From positions 83,285 through 147,284 of IMG/VR virus record IMGVR_UViG_3300027807_000001: DNA of 64,000 nucleotides, one strand, 5' to 3'. The notes under the pieces were generated by a model. The model saw only the letters and a program-made list of their open reading frames with translations. It had not been told where the DNA came from and made no database searches. This DNA is from a virus. Its lineage: Duplodnaviria; Heunggongvirae; Uroviricota; Caudoviricetes. A program made the position numbers and the translations under genes. Of the stretch, positions 27,169 to 33,930 are shown in pieces. Every line of letters starts with the position of its first letter. Position 1 is the stretch's first letter.

Positions 27169-27636
27169 TTGCCATGTTTAACTGCAGGAAAACATATTCC
27201 ATGCGAAATATCTTATCGTGTAGAAAAAGATAAATATGGGCGTATTAAACATAGATATGCAGGGTGTCAAGTTCATCACAGGACAAAGCAGCAGAACCGG
27301 CGAGAGTATTGTACTTATGGAATACAGTTTCATTGTTACTGCGGATTAGATTTAAAGTGTAGTTGGAACCCCCGTATTCGGGATTACGAATTTTCCGTTT
27401 TTGAAAAGACTTTCTGTACGCCAGCAGCTCATTATCAACAGTATATACAATGTCCCGCTAACTTCAAAAGCGAAAGCAAGATGTGTGGTTGGCATGGATT
27501 AAAATATCCTCACTGTCGCCTTTGTAAAGAGCCTCTCTTAGGAGAACCTCTTGGAAAAGTTAATGGCAAATGGGTATACAGTCCCTTTAGTTTAGCAAAA
27601 AGAATTTGGCGTACATTAACTGCCTCCGTAACCTAA
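27169..27636 (+). CDS. Cys-rich hypothetical protein
   Basis: 155-aa ORF; stop overlaps the CUA tRNA. Confidence 0.55.
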   Translation: MPCLTAGKHIPCEISYRVEKDKYGRIKHRYAGCQVHHRTKQQNRREYCTYGIQFHCYCGLDLKCSWNPRIRDYEFSVFEKTFCTPAAHYQQYIQCPANFKSESKMCGWHGLKYPHCRLCKEPLLGEPLGKVNGKWVYSPFSLAKRIWRTLTASVT

Positions 27637-27696
27637 TAGCAAGGTAGCCACCTCTAAAGTGCGCGTATGAGGGTGCAAATCCCTCCGGCGGCTCCA
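27622..27696 (+). tRNA. amber suppressor-type tRNA (anticodon CUA)
   Basis: acceptor 6/7 paired, D arm ACCT/AGGT, loop CTCTAAA, anticodon stem with 1-nt bulge, GAGGG/CCCTC T arm, U73, CCA. Confidence 0.7.
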
Positions 27697-27703
27697 ATTT
27701 GTT

Positions 27704-27777
27704 GCCTCCTTAGCTCAGTGGCAGAGCAGTAGTTTTGTAAACTACCTACCTCAGTTCGATTCTGGGAGGAGGCTCCA
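27704..27777 (+). tRNA. tRNA-Thr(UGU)
   Basis: GTAGT-TTTGTAA-ACTAC, CCA. Confidence 0.88.
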
Positions 27778-27781
27778 ATTT

Positions 27782-28153
27782 ATGAGAATGTGGAAAGTAG
27801 ATCCAACTAAGATGTGTCGTAAACACCTACTAGGCGAGCATGTCGAGATGCATATGTTCGTAGGCTCCCTCAACAAAGGGACTATAAAGGATTTTCCAAA
27901 TTCTCGCTTTGTGAAAGAGGGGCTGGTTGAGGTCCACTACCTTAAAGCCCGCCATGAAGAGTTAGTGGCTGAGATGGGGAGGAGGGGTTACGTCCACAAA
28001 ACTCCTTTGCCTGCTTTCGAAGAATACGTATGTGGTTCAATAGACGTTGCCGCTAACGAAAAAGAACTTGGGCGTAGATGTGGCGACTGCCAGTTTGAAA
28101 ATGATGGCCTCCCCTCATCGTCCCCAAGAAAACAGAATATTCACAAGAGGTAA
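27782..28153 (+). CDS. denV: pyrimidine dimer DNA glycosylase / endonuclease V family
   Basis: MRMWKVDP..MCRKHLLGEHVEMH..LKARHEELVAEMGRRGYVH. Confidence 0.75.
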   Translation: MRMWKVDPTKMCRKHLLGEHVEMHMFVGSLNKGTIKDFPNSRFVKEGLVEVHYLKARHEELVAEMGRRGYVHKTPLPAFEEYVCGSIDVAANEKELGRRCGDCQFENDGLPSSSPRKQNIHKR

Positions 28154-28156
28154 GGG

Positions 28157-28792
28157 TTGAATTACAACGAGTGGCTGATTAAGCAAGCGGTAGAGAAGGC
28201 TAAAGCAGAAATAAATTCTGCGGAGTCTGAAGACGACGCAGTTGAGGCGCCAGAAGAAGCGGCTGCGCTTGACCCTCGCAAAGATAAAAAAGTTTCAATG
28301 AATCGGCAGGTCCTAGAAGGAGATCCCTTTTTCGCCATCCGAAAAAATCAAGTTAAGTGGCCTACTATTCGTAAGGTGTTCATGGACGATGACAATGTCG
28401 CCCAAATTAAAAAGTATGCGACAGGGAAAGGGCGCTCTATTGTATTTCTTGATGGGACTTACGAAACCAAGCTTAACCGGTATGTAGGTAAGTCTCCTGT
28501 AGAGCGCGCCGTCTTCTTTGAGTTTATGCTCAAGGATAAAAATATCTCTGGCGCCATCTTTATCTTATGCTGGATTGGTAATTTTCATAACGGGTGTATT
28601 TTTCATGCGGCGCCCCAATTTCCTCAGATGAACTGTTGGGTCGAAGCGCTTGGCCAAGAAAAAGCGACCCTGTTTTTTGAAAAACACGCTTTCAAGGTTT
28701 ATAAGGAGATCGTTAATATTCTCCATGGCGGTGGACCTATTATAGACGATGAGGTTCGCAAGTTCATTGAGAACGGTAATAAGATAATTTAG
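28157..28792 (+). CDS. hypothetical protein
   Basis: 211-aa ORF; N-terminus similar to ORF 28891. Confidence 0.6.
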   Translation: MNYNEWLIKQAVEKAKAEINSAESEDDAVEAPEEAAALDPRKDKKVSMNRQVLEGDPFFAIRKNQVKWPTIRKVFMDDDNVAQIKKYATGKGRSIVFLDGTYETKLNRYVGKSPVERAVFFEFMLKDKNISGAIFILCWIGNFHNGCIFHAAPQFPQMNCWVEALGQEKATLFFEKHAFKVYKEIVNILHGGGPIIDDEVRKFIENGNKII

Positions 28793-28890
28793 AGCTGTCC
28801 GTAGGGGCCTTTCTATCGCTTCGAGTCCCTTACCAACCCCGGAGCAGAGCGATGTCAGGGTGAGGGCGGGCAGCTTGGCTTTAAGAAATT

Positions 28891-29244
28891 ATGGAAAATT
28901 ATAAACAGTGGGTAATTAAACAGGGGATAGAGAAAGCTGTTAAATCGCTTTCTAAAGAAGCAGGCGGCAAGGAAGTTGTAGAGCTAGTGAAAGATCCTAC
29001 TTGGCAAAAACTACGGGAGTCATTTGTAGGCACCTGGAAGAAAACCCCTGATGAAAATGTGCGTAGGCTTAAGCAGTTCCTGGGCACTAATCCCAGTATA
29101 GACAAGTTACGCATTGTACTTAATTATCTAACTTGTAGCGGCTTTCGCACAGGAAATATTAAGCACGCCGGTGCTGATAAATTACGCGATTGGGTAAGAA
29201 ATCGTCTAGCGGAGAAGAGGGAGAAACTAAAACAGGGCTCGTAG
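28891..29244 (+). CDS. hypothetical protein
   Basis: 117-aa ORF; NYxxWxIKQxxEKA shared with ORF 28157; stop inside tRNA-Arg(UCU). Confidence 0.6.
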   Translation: MENYKQWVIKQGIEKAVKSLSKEAGGKEVVELVKDPTWQKLRESFVGTWKKTPDENVRRLKQFLGTNPSIDKLRIVLNYLTCSGFRTGNIKHAGADKLRDWVRNRLAEKREKLKQGS

Positions 29245-29309
29245 TCTAACGGCAAGGCGACCGCCTTCTAAGCGGTATCATGAGAGTTCAATTCTCTCCG
29301 AGCCCACCA
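29235..29309 (+). tRNA. tRNA-Arg(UCU)
   Basis: ACCGC-CTTCTAA-GCGGT, CCA. Confidence 0.9.
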
Positions 29310-29313
29310 CTTT

Positions 29314-29487
29314 ATGAAACTCTGTTGTCAGATTAATCCATTTATCTGGTGTTACAATTGTAGTTTGTCTTTCTGCATTAGCTGTACGGATGATCACATG
29401 AATACTCACTCTAAGGGAACACGTATTCGATGGGATTTTCATTGCAACAGAAACTTAGATAATCCATTAGAGTTTTATAAATCCTAA
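29314..29487 (+). CDS. LCC/B-box-like micro-protein (not in ORF track)
   Basis: MKLCCQINPFIWCYNCSLSFCISCTDDH. Confidence 0.65.
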   Translation: MKLCCQINPFIWCYNCSLSFCISCTDDHMNTHSKGTRIRWDFHCNRNLDNPLEFYKS

Positions 29488-29701
29488 AGGTCTAGTGAGA
29501 TATGAGTTTACAGTCTGATTTGTGTAAGATTCTTTATCATGATTGGCAGTACGAAGGTCCAGACACGTATTGCGCAAGATGTGATAAAGGATGGGTCTAC
29601 GAAGAAGATTGGGATGAATATTGTAAACGTCTTTCGCAAGCAGAGAAAAATCAGCACCAAGGTAAATTACTTTTAGCCTCTTGTCGTCAAAATAAAGAAT
29701 A

Positions 29702-29776
29702 GCGTTTGTAGCTCAATAGCAGAGCGCTCCCTTGACATGGGAGAGGTAGTAGGAGCGTTACCTACCAGGCGCACCA
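29702..29776 (+). tRNA. tRNA-Val(GAC)
   Basis: CTCCC-TTGACAT-GGGAG, CCA; T-loop AGCGTTA. Confidence 0.85.
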
Positions 29777-29782
29777 ATTTAT

Positions 29783-29859
29783 GGAACCGTAGAGGAGCGG
29801 CCGTCCTCATCTCCCTGTCACGGAGAGAAACGCGGGTTCGAATCCCGTCGGTTCCGCCA
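29783..29859 (+). tRNA. tRNA-Asp(GUC)
   Basis: TCTCC-CTGTCAC-GGAGA, CCA. Confidence 0.9.
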
Positions 29860-29866
29860 TTTTATA

Positions 29867-29942
29867 GCTCAGTTCGCCTAGCGGTATGGCGCCTCTCCTA
29901 CACAGAGGAATAATGTTGGTTCAACTCCAACACTGAGCACCA
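29867..29942 (+). tRNA. tRNA-Val(UAC)
   Basis: CCTCT-CCTACAC-AGAGG, CCA. Confidence 0.85.
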
Positions 29943-30058
29943 CTTTATAGTATGCACTGAGTGAATGATCGATTCTTCCTAGGAATTCACTTGGGCTATA
30001 AACTTCCACCTGCCCCATGGAAGAGAGTAGGTGTGATTCCTACTTGGGGCACAGATTT

Positions 30059-30118
30059 GCGGGATTAGCATAAAAGTAATGCGCGTCATTGCCAATGATG
30101 ATAAAGGGGAGCGTTACC
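30059..30118 (+). pseudogene. 3'-truncated tRNA-Gly(GCC)
   Basis: CGTCA-TTGCCAA-TGATG intact; breaks inside T arm; no 3' acceptor strand. Confidence 0.6.
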
Positions 30119-30168
30119 ATCTGGAGCGAAACACCTAACGTGGGTTACTATCTGATACTTTAATAAGT

Positions 30169-30585
30169 ATGGATAAGAAATGTAAGAAGTGCGGGGAAGT
30201 AAAGCCGTTGGAGTCGTTTAACCAGCGGAGTGATCGTAAAGATGGTCGCGTAAGTAATTGCAAGGATTGCCATCATAAGTACGCCAAGAAGGTCTATAAG
30301 AACAACAAAGGGACTTTTATTGGCCGCGTTGCAAAGGGGCACAAAGAGCGAAGACAGTTCTTTTACGATTTAAAGGATAATAAACCCTGCGCCGACTGTA
30401 AAGTTGTGCACCGTTACTTCGCGCTAGACTACGATCATCGAGACCCTTCACAAAAAAGTTTTAACGTATCGCAGTTAATACAATGGACGAACAAAGAAAA
30501 GATTCTCGCAGAGATCGCGAAGTGCGATCTCATTTGTTCTAACTGTCACAGATACCGTACTTTCAAACGTAAGATGCAGGTATAG
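30169..30585 (+). CDS. HNH homing endonuclease
   Basis: CKKCGEVKPLESF..CKDC; PCADC..LDYDHRDP..KCDLICSNCHRYRT; stop inside tRNA-Gly. Confidence 0.82.
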   Translation: MDKKCKKCGEVKPLESFNQRSDRKDGRVSNCKDCHHKYAKKVYKNNKGTFIGRVAKGHKERRQFFYDLKDNKPCADCKVVHRYFALDYDHRDPSQKSFNVSQLIQWTNKEKILAEIAKCDLICSNCHRYRTFKRKMQV

Positions 30586-30649
30586 TTTAGTGGTAAAATT
30601 CCTCGTCGCCAACGAGAGGATACGAGTTCGATTCTCGTTACCTGCTCCA
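30576..30649 (+). tRNA. tRNA-Gly(GCC)
   Basis: GCAGGTA/TACCTGC acceptor, TCGCCAA loop, U73, CCA. Confidence 0.82.
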
Positions 30650-30655
30650 ATTTAC

Positions 30656-30730
30656 GTCCTTATAGTGAAATGGCAATCATAGGAGTTTCCTAAACTCTTG
30701 GTCTGAGTTCGACTCTCAGTAAGGACACCA
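30656..30730 (+). tRNA. tRNA-Arg(CCU)
   Basis: GGAGT-TTCCTAA-ACTCT, CCA. Confidence 0.88.
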
Positions 30731-30756
30731 ATTTAGTTCCGCAGGTATGAGGAGCT

Positions 30757-31080
30757 ATGTATTACAATCCGGAGCAGTACGGACTTGAAATCGTCGAAGA
30801 GTTAAACGATCCAGACGCGAGCTATTCCTTTGATATGTTCGTCATTTGGATTCGCAAGGTGGACGGAGAGTTGTTCTACGGAACAGATAGTGGCTGCTCC
30901 TGTCCTTCTCCTTTCGAAAAGATCTCTGGGGTCGAGGAGCTAACGCGACTAGGAGATCTGGCTTCTTTCGAAAGAGAACTTATCGCTTGGGGCTCGAGAT
31001 ACTTTGACGCTCAAGAGCTTCAAGCTGTCGTCGATAAAGTTCGAGTAGCAAAGATGTATAAGTGTACATTGCTACTATAA
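30757..31080 (+). CDS. conserved phage hypothetical protein
   Basis: SD GAGGAG; YSFDMFVIW..GTDSGCSCPSPFE. Confidence 0.7.
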   Translation: MYYNPEQYGLEIVEELNDPDASYSFDMFVIWIRKVDGELFYGTDSGCSCPSPFEKISGVEELTRLGDLASFERELIAWGSRYFDAQELQAVVDKVRVAKMYKCTLLL

Positions 31081-31101
31081 CGGAGTCGAAAGACTCCAAA
31101 T

Positions 31102-31177
31102 GGGCCTTAGGTGTAGTTGGGTGCACGTCTGCTTTGCAAGCAGAAGGTAGCGAGTTCGATCCTCGCAAGGTCCACCA
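31102..31177 (+). tRNA. tRNA-Ala(UGC)
   Basis: G3:U70, TCTGC-TTTGCAA-GCAGA, CCA. Confidence 0.9.
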
Positions 31178-31182
31178 ATTTA

Positions 31183-31257
31183 GCACTCGTAGCTCAATGG
31201 CAGAGCGGTCTCTCGATAGGGGATTGGTTCGTGGTTCAAGTCCACGCGGGTGCACCA
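31183..31257 (+). tRNA. tRNA-Ile(GAU), second copy
   Basis: TCGATAG loop, GCACTCG/CGGGTGC acceptor, CCA. Confidence 0.8.
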
Positions 31258-31535
31258 TATGAAATGTCAGAAGTGTCAAGATGAAGGGCTTAGAAGTAGA
31301 CTTTTTGTCAAACAAGTAGATAGTCCCGCTACAAGTGTTCAGGTGTATTATGATGAGAATGGTAAACTGCATCAGCACGATCCAGTAGGAATGTCTACAG
31401 ACTATAGATGTAGTAATGGTCATTCCTGGACAGCATACGCAACTCCATTTTGTTTTAACTGCAGTGAATAGCAATATAAGGTTCTGAGGGAGTGCCTTAC
31501 CCAACGGTATAAATAACCAGTCCCTCTCCAATTTT

Positions 31536-31609
31536 GCGGGTGTAGTTCAATGGTAGAATACCTTCCTTCCAAGTAGAAGACGCCGGTTCGATTCCGGTCA
31601 CCCGCTCCA
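31536..31609 (+). tRNA. tRNA-Gly(UCC)
   Basis: CTTCCAA loop, imperfect anticodon stem, U73, CCA. Confidence 0.8.
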
Positions 31610-31686
31610 ATCTCTAGGCTGGCTGCATCCTAGGATGGTGTTAATACGCCGAAAGTGACGGACTGTAAGAGTCAGCTTCAATTTAA

Positions 31687-31759
31687 GCCTACGTATTCCA
31701 ACGGCAGAGAAAGTGGTCTAAGAAGCCATAAAGTAAAGGTTCGAATCCTTTCGTAGGCA
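31687..31759 (+). tRNA. tRNA-Leu(AAG), short variable loop
   Basis: GTGGT-CTAAGAA-GCCAT; A34; no encoded CCA. Confidence 0.8.
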
Positions 31760-31767
31760 AATTTTAA

Positions 31768-31843
31768 GGTCCTGTGGCGGAATGGCATACGCGGTCGTCT
31801 CAAACACGATCTTTTGAGAGTTCGACTCTCTCCAGGACTACCA
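31768..31843 (+). tRNA. tRNA-Leu(CAA), short variable loop
   Basis: GTCGT-CTCAAAC-ACGAT, CCA. Confidence 0.85.
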
Positions 31844-31849
31844 ATTTAT

Positions 31850-31924
31850 AGCGGGGTAGAGCAGTGGTAGCTCGCAAGGCCCATAACCTTGAGGTCGGTG
31901 GTTCAAATCCATCCCCCGCAACCA
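31850..31924 (+). tRNA. tRNA-Met(CAU), initiator-like
   Basis: 1:72 mismatch, CAAGG-CCCATAA-CCTTG, CCA. Confidence 0.88.
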
Positions 31925-31927
31925 TTT

Positions 31928-32116
31928 ATGGAATTATGTTGCATGCTTAATCCGTTATTTCAGTGTCGTTACTGTTTAAATAAAGTATGCGACGTTCATG
32001 TAAGAAAAGAGATGGTCTTAATTTATTACGAATATCTAGCAACAGCTAAAGCGCTAGGAGCAGATATTTCGTTGTTCTCGTATAACTGTGGTTGCCAAGA
32101 TGATAGCGAAATATGA
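31928..32116 (+). CDS. LCC/B-box-like micro-protein
   Basis: MELCCMLNPLFQCRYCLNKVCDVH. Confidence 0.65.
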   Translation: MELCCMLNPLFQCRYCLNKVCDVHVRKEMVLIYYEYLATAKALGADISLFSYNCGCQDDSEI

Positions 32117-32295
32117 ATTGCCCTGTTTGTGGGTATGTCCTTCAATTTATACCATGGGATGGATTGTCTGCTTCGGATGAAATATGTCCATCCTGTGGAA
32201 TTCAGTTCGGATACGACGACGCTGCTGGTGGAAATGTTCAAGCGCGTGAAGAAATTTATAAGCGTTGGCGAATCAAAAATAAATAACAATTTATT

Positions 32296-32369
32296 GCCGC
32301 GGTAGTTCAAAAGTAGAACAGGGCTTTCATAAGGCCAAAACGAAGGAGCATTACCTTCTCGCGGTACCA
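32296..32369 (+). tRNA. tRNA(CAU), elongator Met or Ile2
   Basis: TTCATAA loop, CCA; T-loop AGCATTA. Confidence 0.78.
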
Positions 32370-32373
32370 ATTT

Positions 32374-32520
32374 ATGAATCTATGTTGTATTGTTAACGGA
32401 GATGCATGTGTTTGTGGAGAACTAATGTGTGACGATCATTGGTGGTATCCTGAAATCAATCATCCTCATTGGACTAGTGAAGGGCAATGTCGTAAAATAG
32501 TAAGCGCCACCAAGGTGTAG
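32374..32520 (+). CDS. LCC micro-protein (not in ORF track)
   Basis: MNLCCIVNGDACVCGELMCDDH; stop inside tRNA-Thr. Confidence 0.6.
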   Translation: MNLCCIVNGDACVCGELMCDDHWWYPEINHPHWTSEGQCRKIVSATKV

Positions 32521-32577
32521 ATAACGACATAATTGTTTCGTAAACAATAGAGCTGAGTGTGAGTCTCAGTGGTGGCT
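32506..32577 (+). tRNA. tRNA-Thr(CGU)
   Basis: ATTGT-TTCGTAA-ACAAT; T-loop TGTGAGT. Confidence 0.75.
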
Positions 32578-32694
32578 CCGATTTATGTTATTAACAGAAG
32601 CGATTTGTAAAATTTTAGGGCATGCATTAGAGGACCTGGATGTCGCGTATTTCCCAAGAGAGATACAAAATGATGGAATTGTACATCAATAACC

Positions 32695-32769
32695 GCTGGT
32701 ATAGTGATAATGGCAGCACAAACCCTTGGTAAGGGTTAAGTTCGAGTTCGATCCTCGGTACCAGCTCCA
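32695..32769 (+). tRNA. tRNA-Thr(GGU)
   Basis: AACCC-TTGGTAA-GGGTT, CCA. Confidence 0.88.
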
Positions 32770-32865
32770 ATTTGTCGGGAGGAGAAACAATATGAAGCAC
32801 TGGTTAGAAGCAGCATTAATCTGTTTCGGAAGTAGTAGGTAGATCTTAAATAAGGGAGAATTGAT

Positions 32866-33519
32866 ATGGCTGACACGCTAGTCTTAAATAGATCGTTCTA
32901 TGCTGTGCATGTCTCAGATTGGCAGAAAGCTGTCACTCTCCTCTATACAGGGCACGCAAAGGCCGTTGATGAAAATCTCATAACATATGACTTTAATGAT
33001 TGGGTGGAGTTATCCAAGCTAATGGAGAAGAATGGGAAAGGTTTTGTTCATACTTCTTCCCTCCGTATTGCAGTGCCTGAAGTTATTCAGTTAACCAGGT
33101 ATGATAAGCTTCCACGGCAGGAAGTTAAATTCTCCCGTAGAAATGTGTTAGAGCATTATAACTTCCAGTGCTGCTACTGCGGAAAGCGCTTTACTAAGTC
33201 TACCAAATCCTCGAAGGAGGAGCTTCCTGAGTGGAACTTAGATCATGTTATACCTCGATCTAAGGGCGGGAAGTCAAACTGGGACAATATCGTCTTAGCT
33301 TGTCTACCGTGTAACTCTATCAAGGATGATAAGCTTCTCGGGGACGTTATTTACCCAAAGGGGCATCCTAGAGCGGGCCAGCCGATGACGCTAAAAGTTA
33401 AGCCGCACCGTCCAGAGTGGAAGGGTTCTCGTACTCTTGTATCAACCAATGCGATCATCCCAGTAAGTTGGCAGCGCTTAATTGACGCTAAGTATTGGGA
33501 GTCGGAGTTAGATCCGTAG
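32866..33519 (+). CDS. HNH endonuclease (McrA/HNH_5-like)
   Basis: TLVLNRSF, FSRRNVL..CCYCG..LDHVIPRSKGGKSNWDNIVLACLPCNSIK. Confidence 0.88.
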   Translation: MADTLVLNRSFYAVHVSDWQKAVTLLYTGHAKAVDENLITYDFNDWVELSKLMEKNGKGFVHTSSLRIAVPEVIQLTRYDKLPRQEVKFSRRNVLEHYNFQCCYCGKRFTKSTKSSKEELPEWNLDHVIPRSKGGKSNWDNIVLACLPCNSIKDDKLLGDVIYPKGHPRAGQPMTLKVKPHRPEWKGSRTLVSTNAIIPVSWQRLIDAKYWESELDP

Positions 33520-33529
33520 GAGGAAAGTA

Positions 33530-33874
33530 ATGCTGCAGAAAGGGGATGTTGTGAGGGCACGGGGTAAGCTAAAGAAGATAGCTGATTTCGTAGCCAGCCT
33601 TGACAAAGAAGACTTGAGAATACTAGCAAGCTTCTTCGAAGGGGACGCGAAAGGTCCTGCGGATGCGAAAAAGCTTAAGAAACCCTTGGTTATTAATAAC
33701 TTCTATAATGCTGGGGCAGAGATTGAAGTTCGTCTTTCGAAAGAGGATCTCTGGTCTGACAAATTAGAATACTGGGAGAAAGTAGAGGGAGACGAAGAAG
33801 GATCTCCAGTTCTTCCTGTGGACAAAAAGCCTTTGGAACCCACCGGGGCTATATCCGAGAAGATGACGAATTAA
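33530..33874 (+). CDS. hypothetical protein
   Basis: SD AGGAGG; last gene of the + strand block. Confidence 0.6.
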   Translation: MLQKGDVVRARGKLKKIADFVASLDKEDLRILASFFEGDAKGPADAKKLKKPLVINNFYNAGAEIEVRLSKEDLWSDKLEYWEKVEGDEEGSPVLPVDKKPLEPTGAISEKMTN

Positions 33875-33883
33875 TTAGGCATA

Positions 33884-33927
33884 GAAAAGGCCGATGCATT
33901 AAGTAACATGCATCGGCCTTTTCTTTT
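33884..33927. terminator. bidirectional terminator at the strand convergence
   Basis: GAAAAGGCCGATGCAT/ATGCATCGGCCTTTTC 16-bp inverted repeat with T/A tracts. Confidence 0.85.
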
Positions 33928-33930
33928 GGT

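Noticed and set aside
28793-28875. YrlA-type Y RNA or SRP RNA
   Set aside because: The T-loop-like heptamer is not closed by a T stem, and the SRP GGAA-loop/CAGG-AGCA motif is not present.
20099-32769. CRISPR array or integron cassette array
   Set aside because: The recurring units are tRNA cloverleafs; there are no identical direct repeats with unique spacers, no attC-like sites, and no cas or integrase genes.
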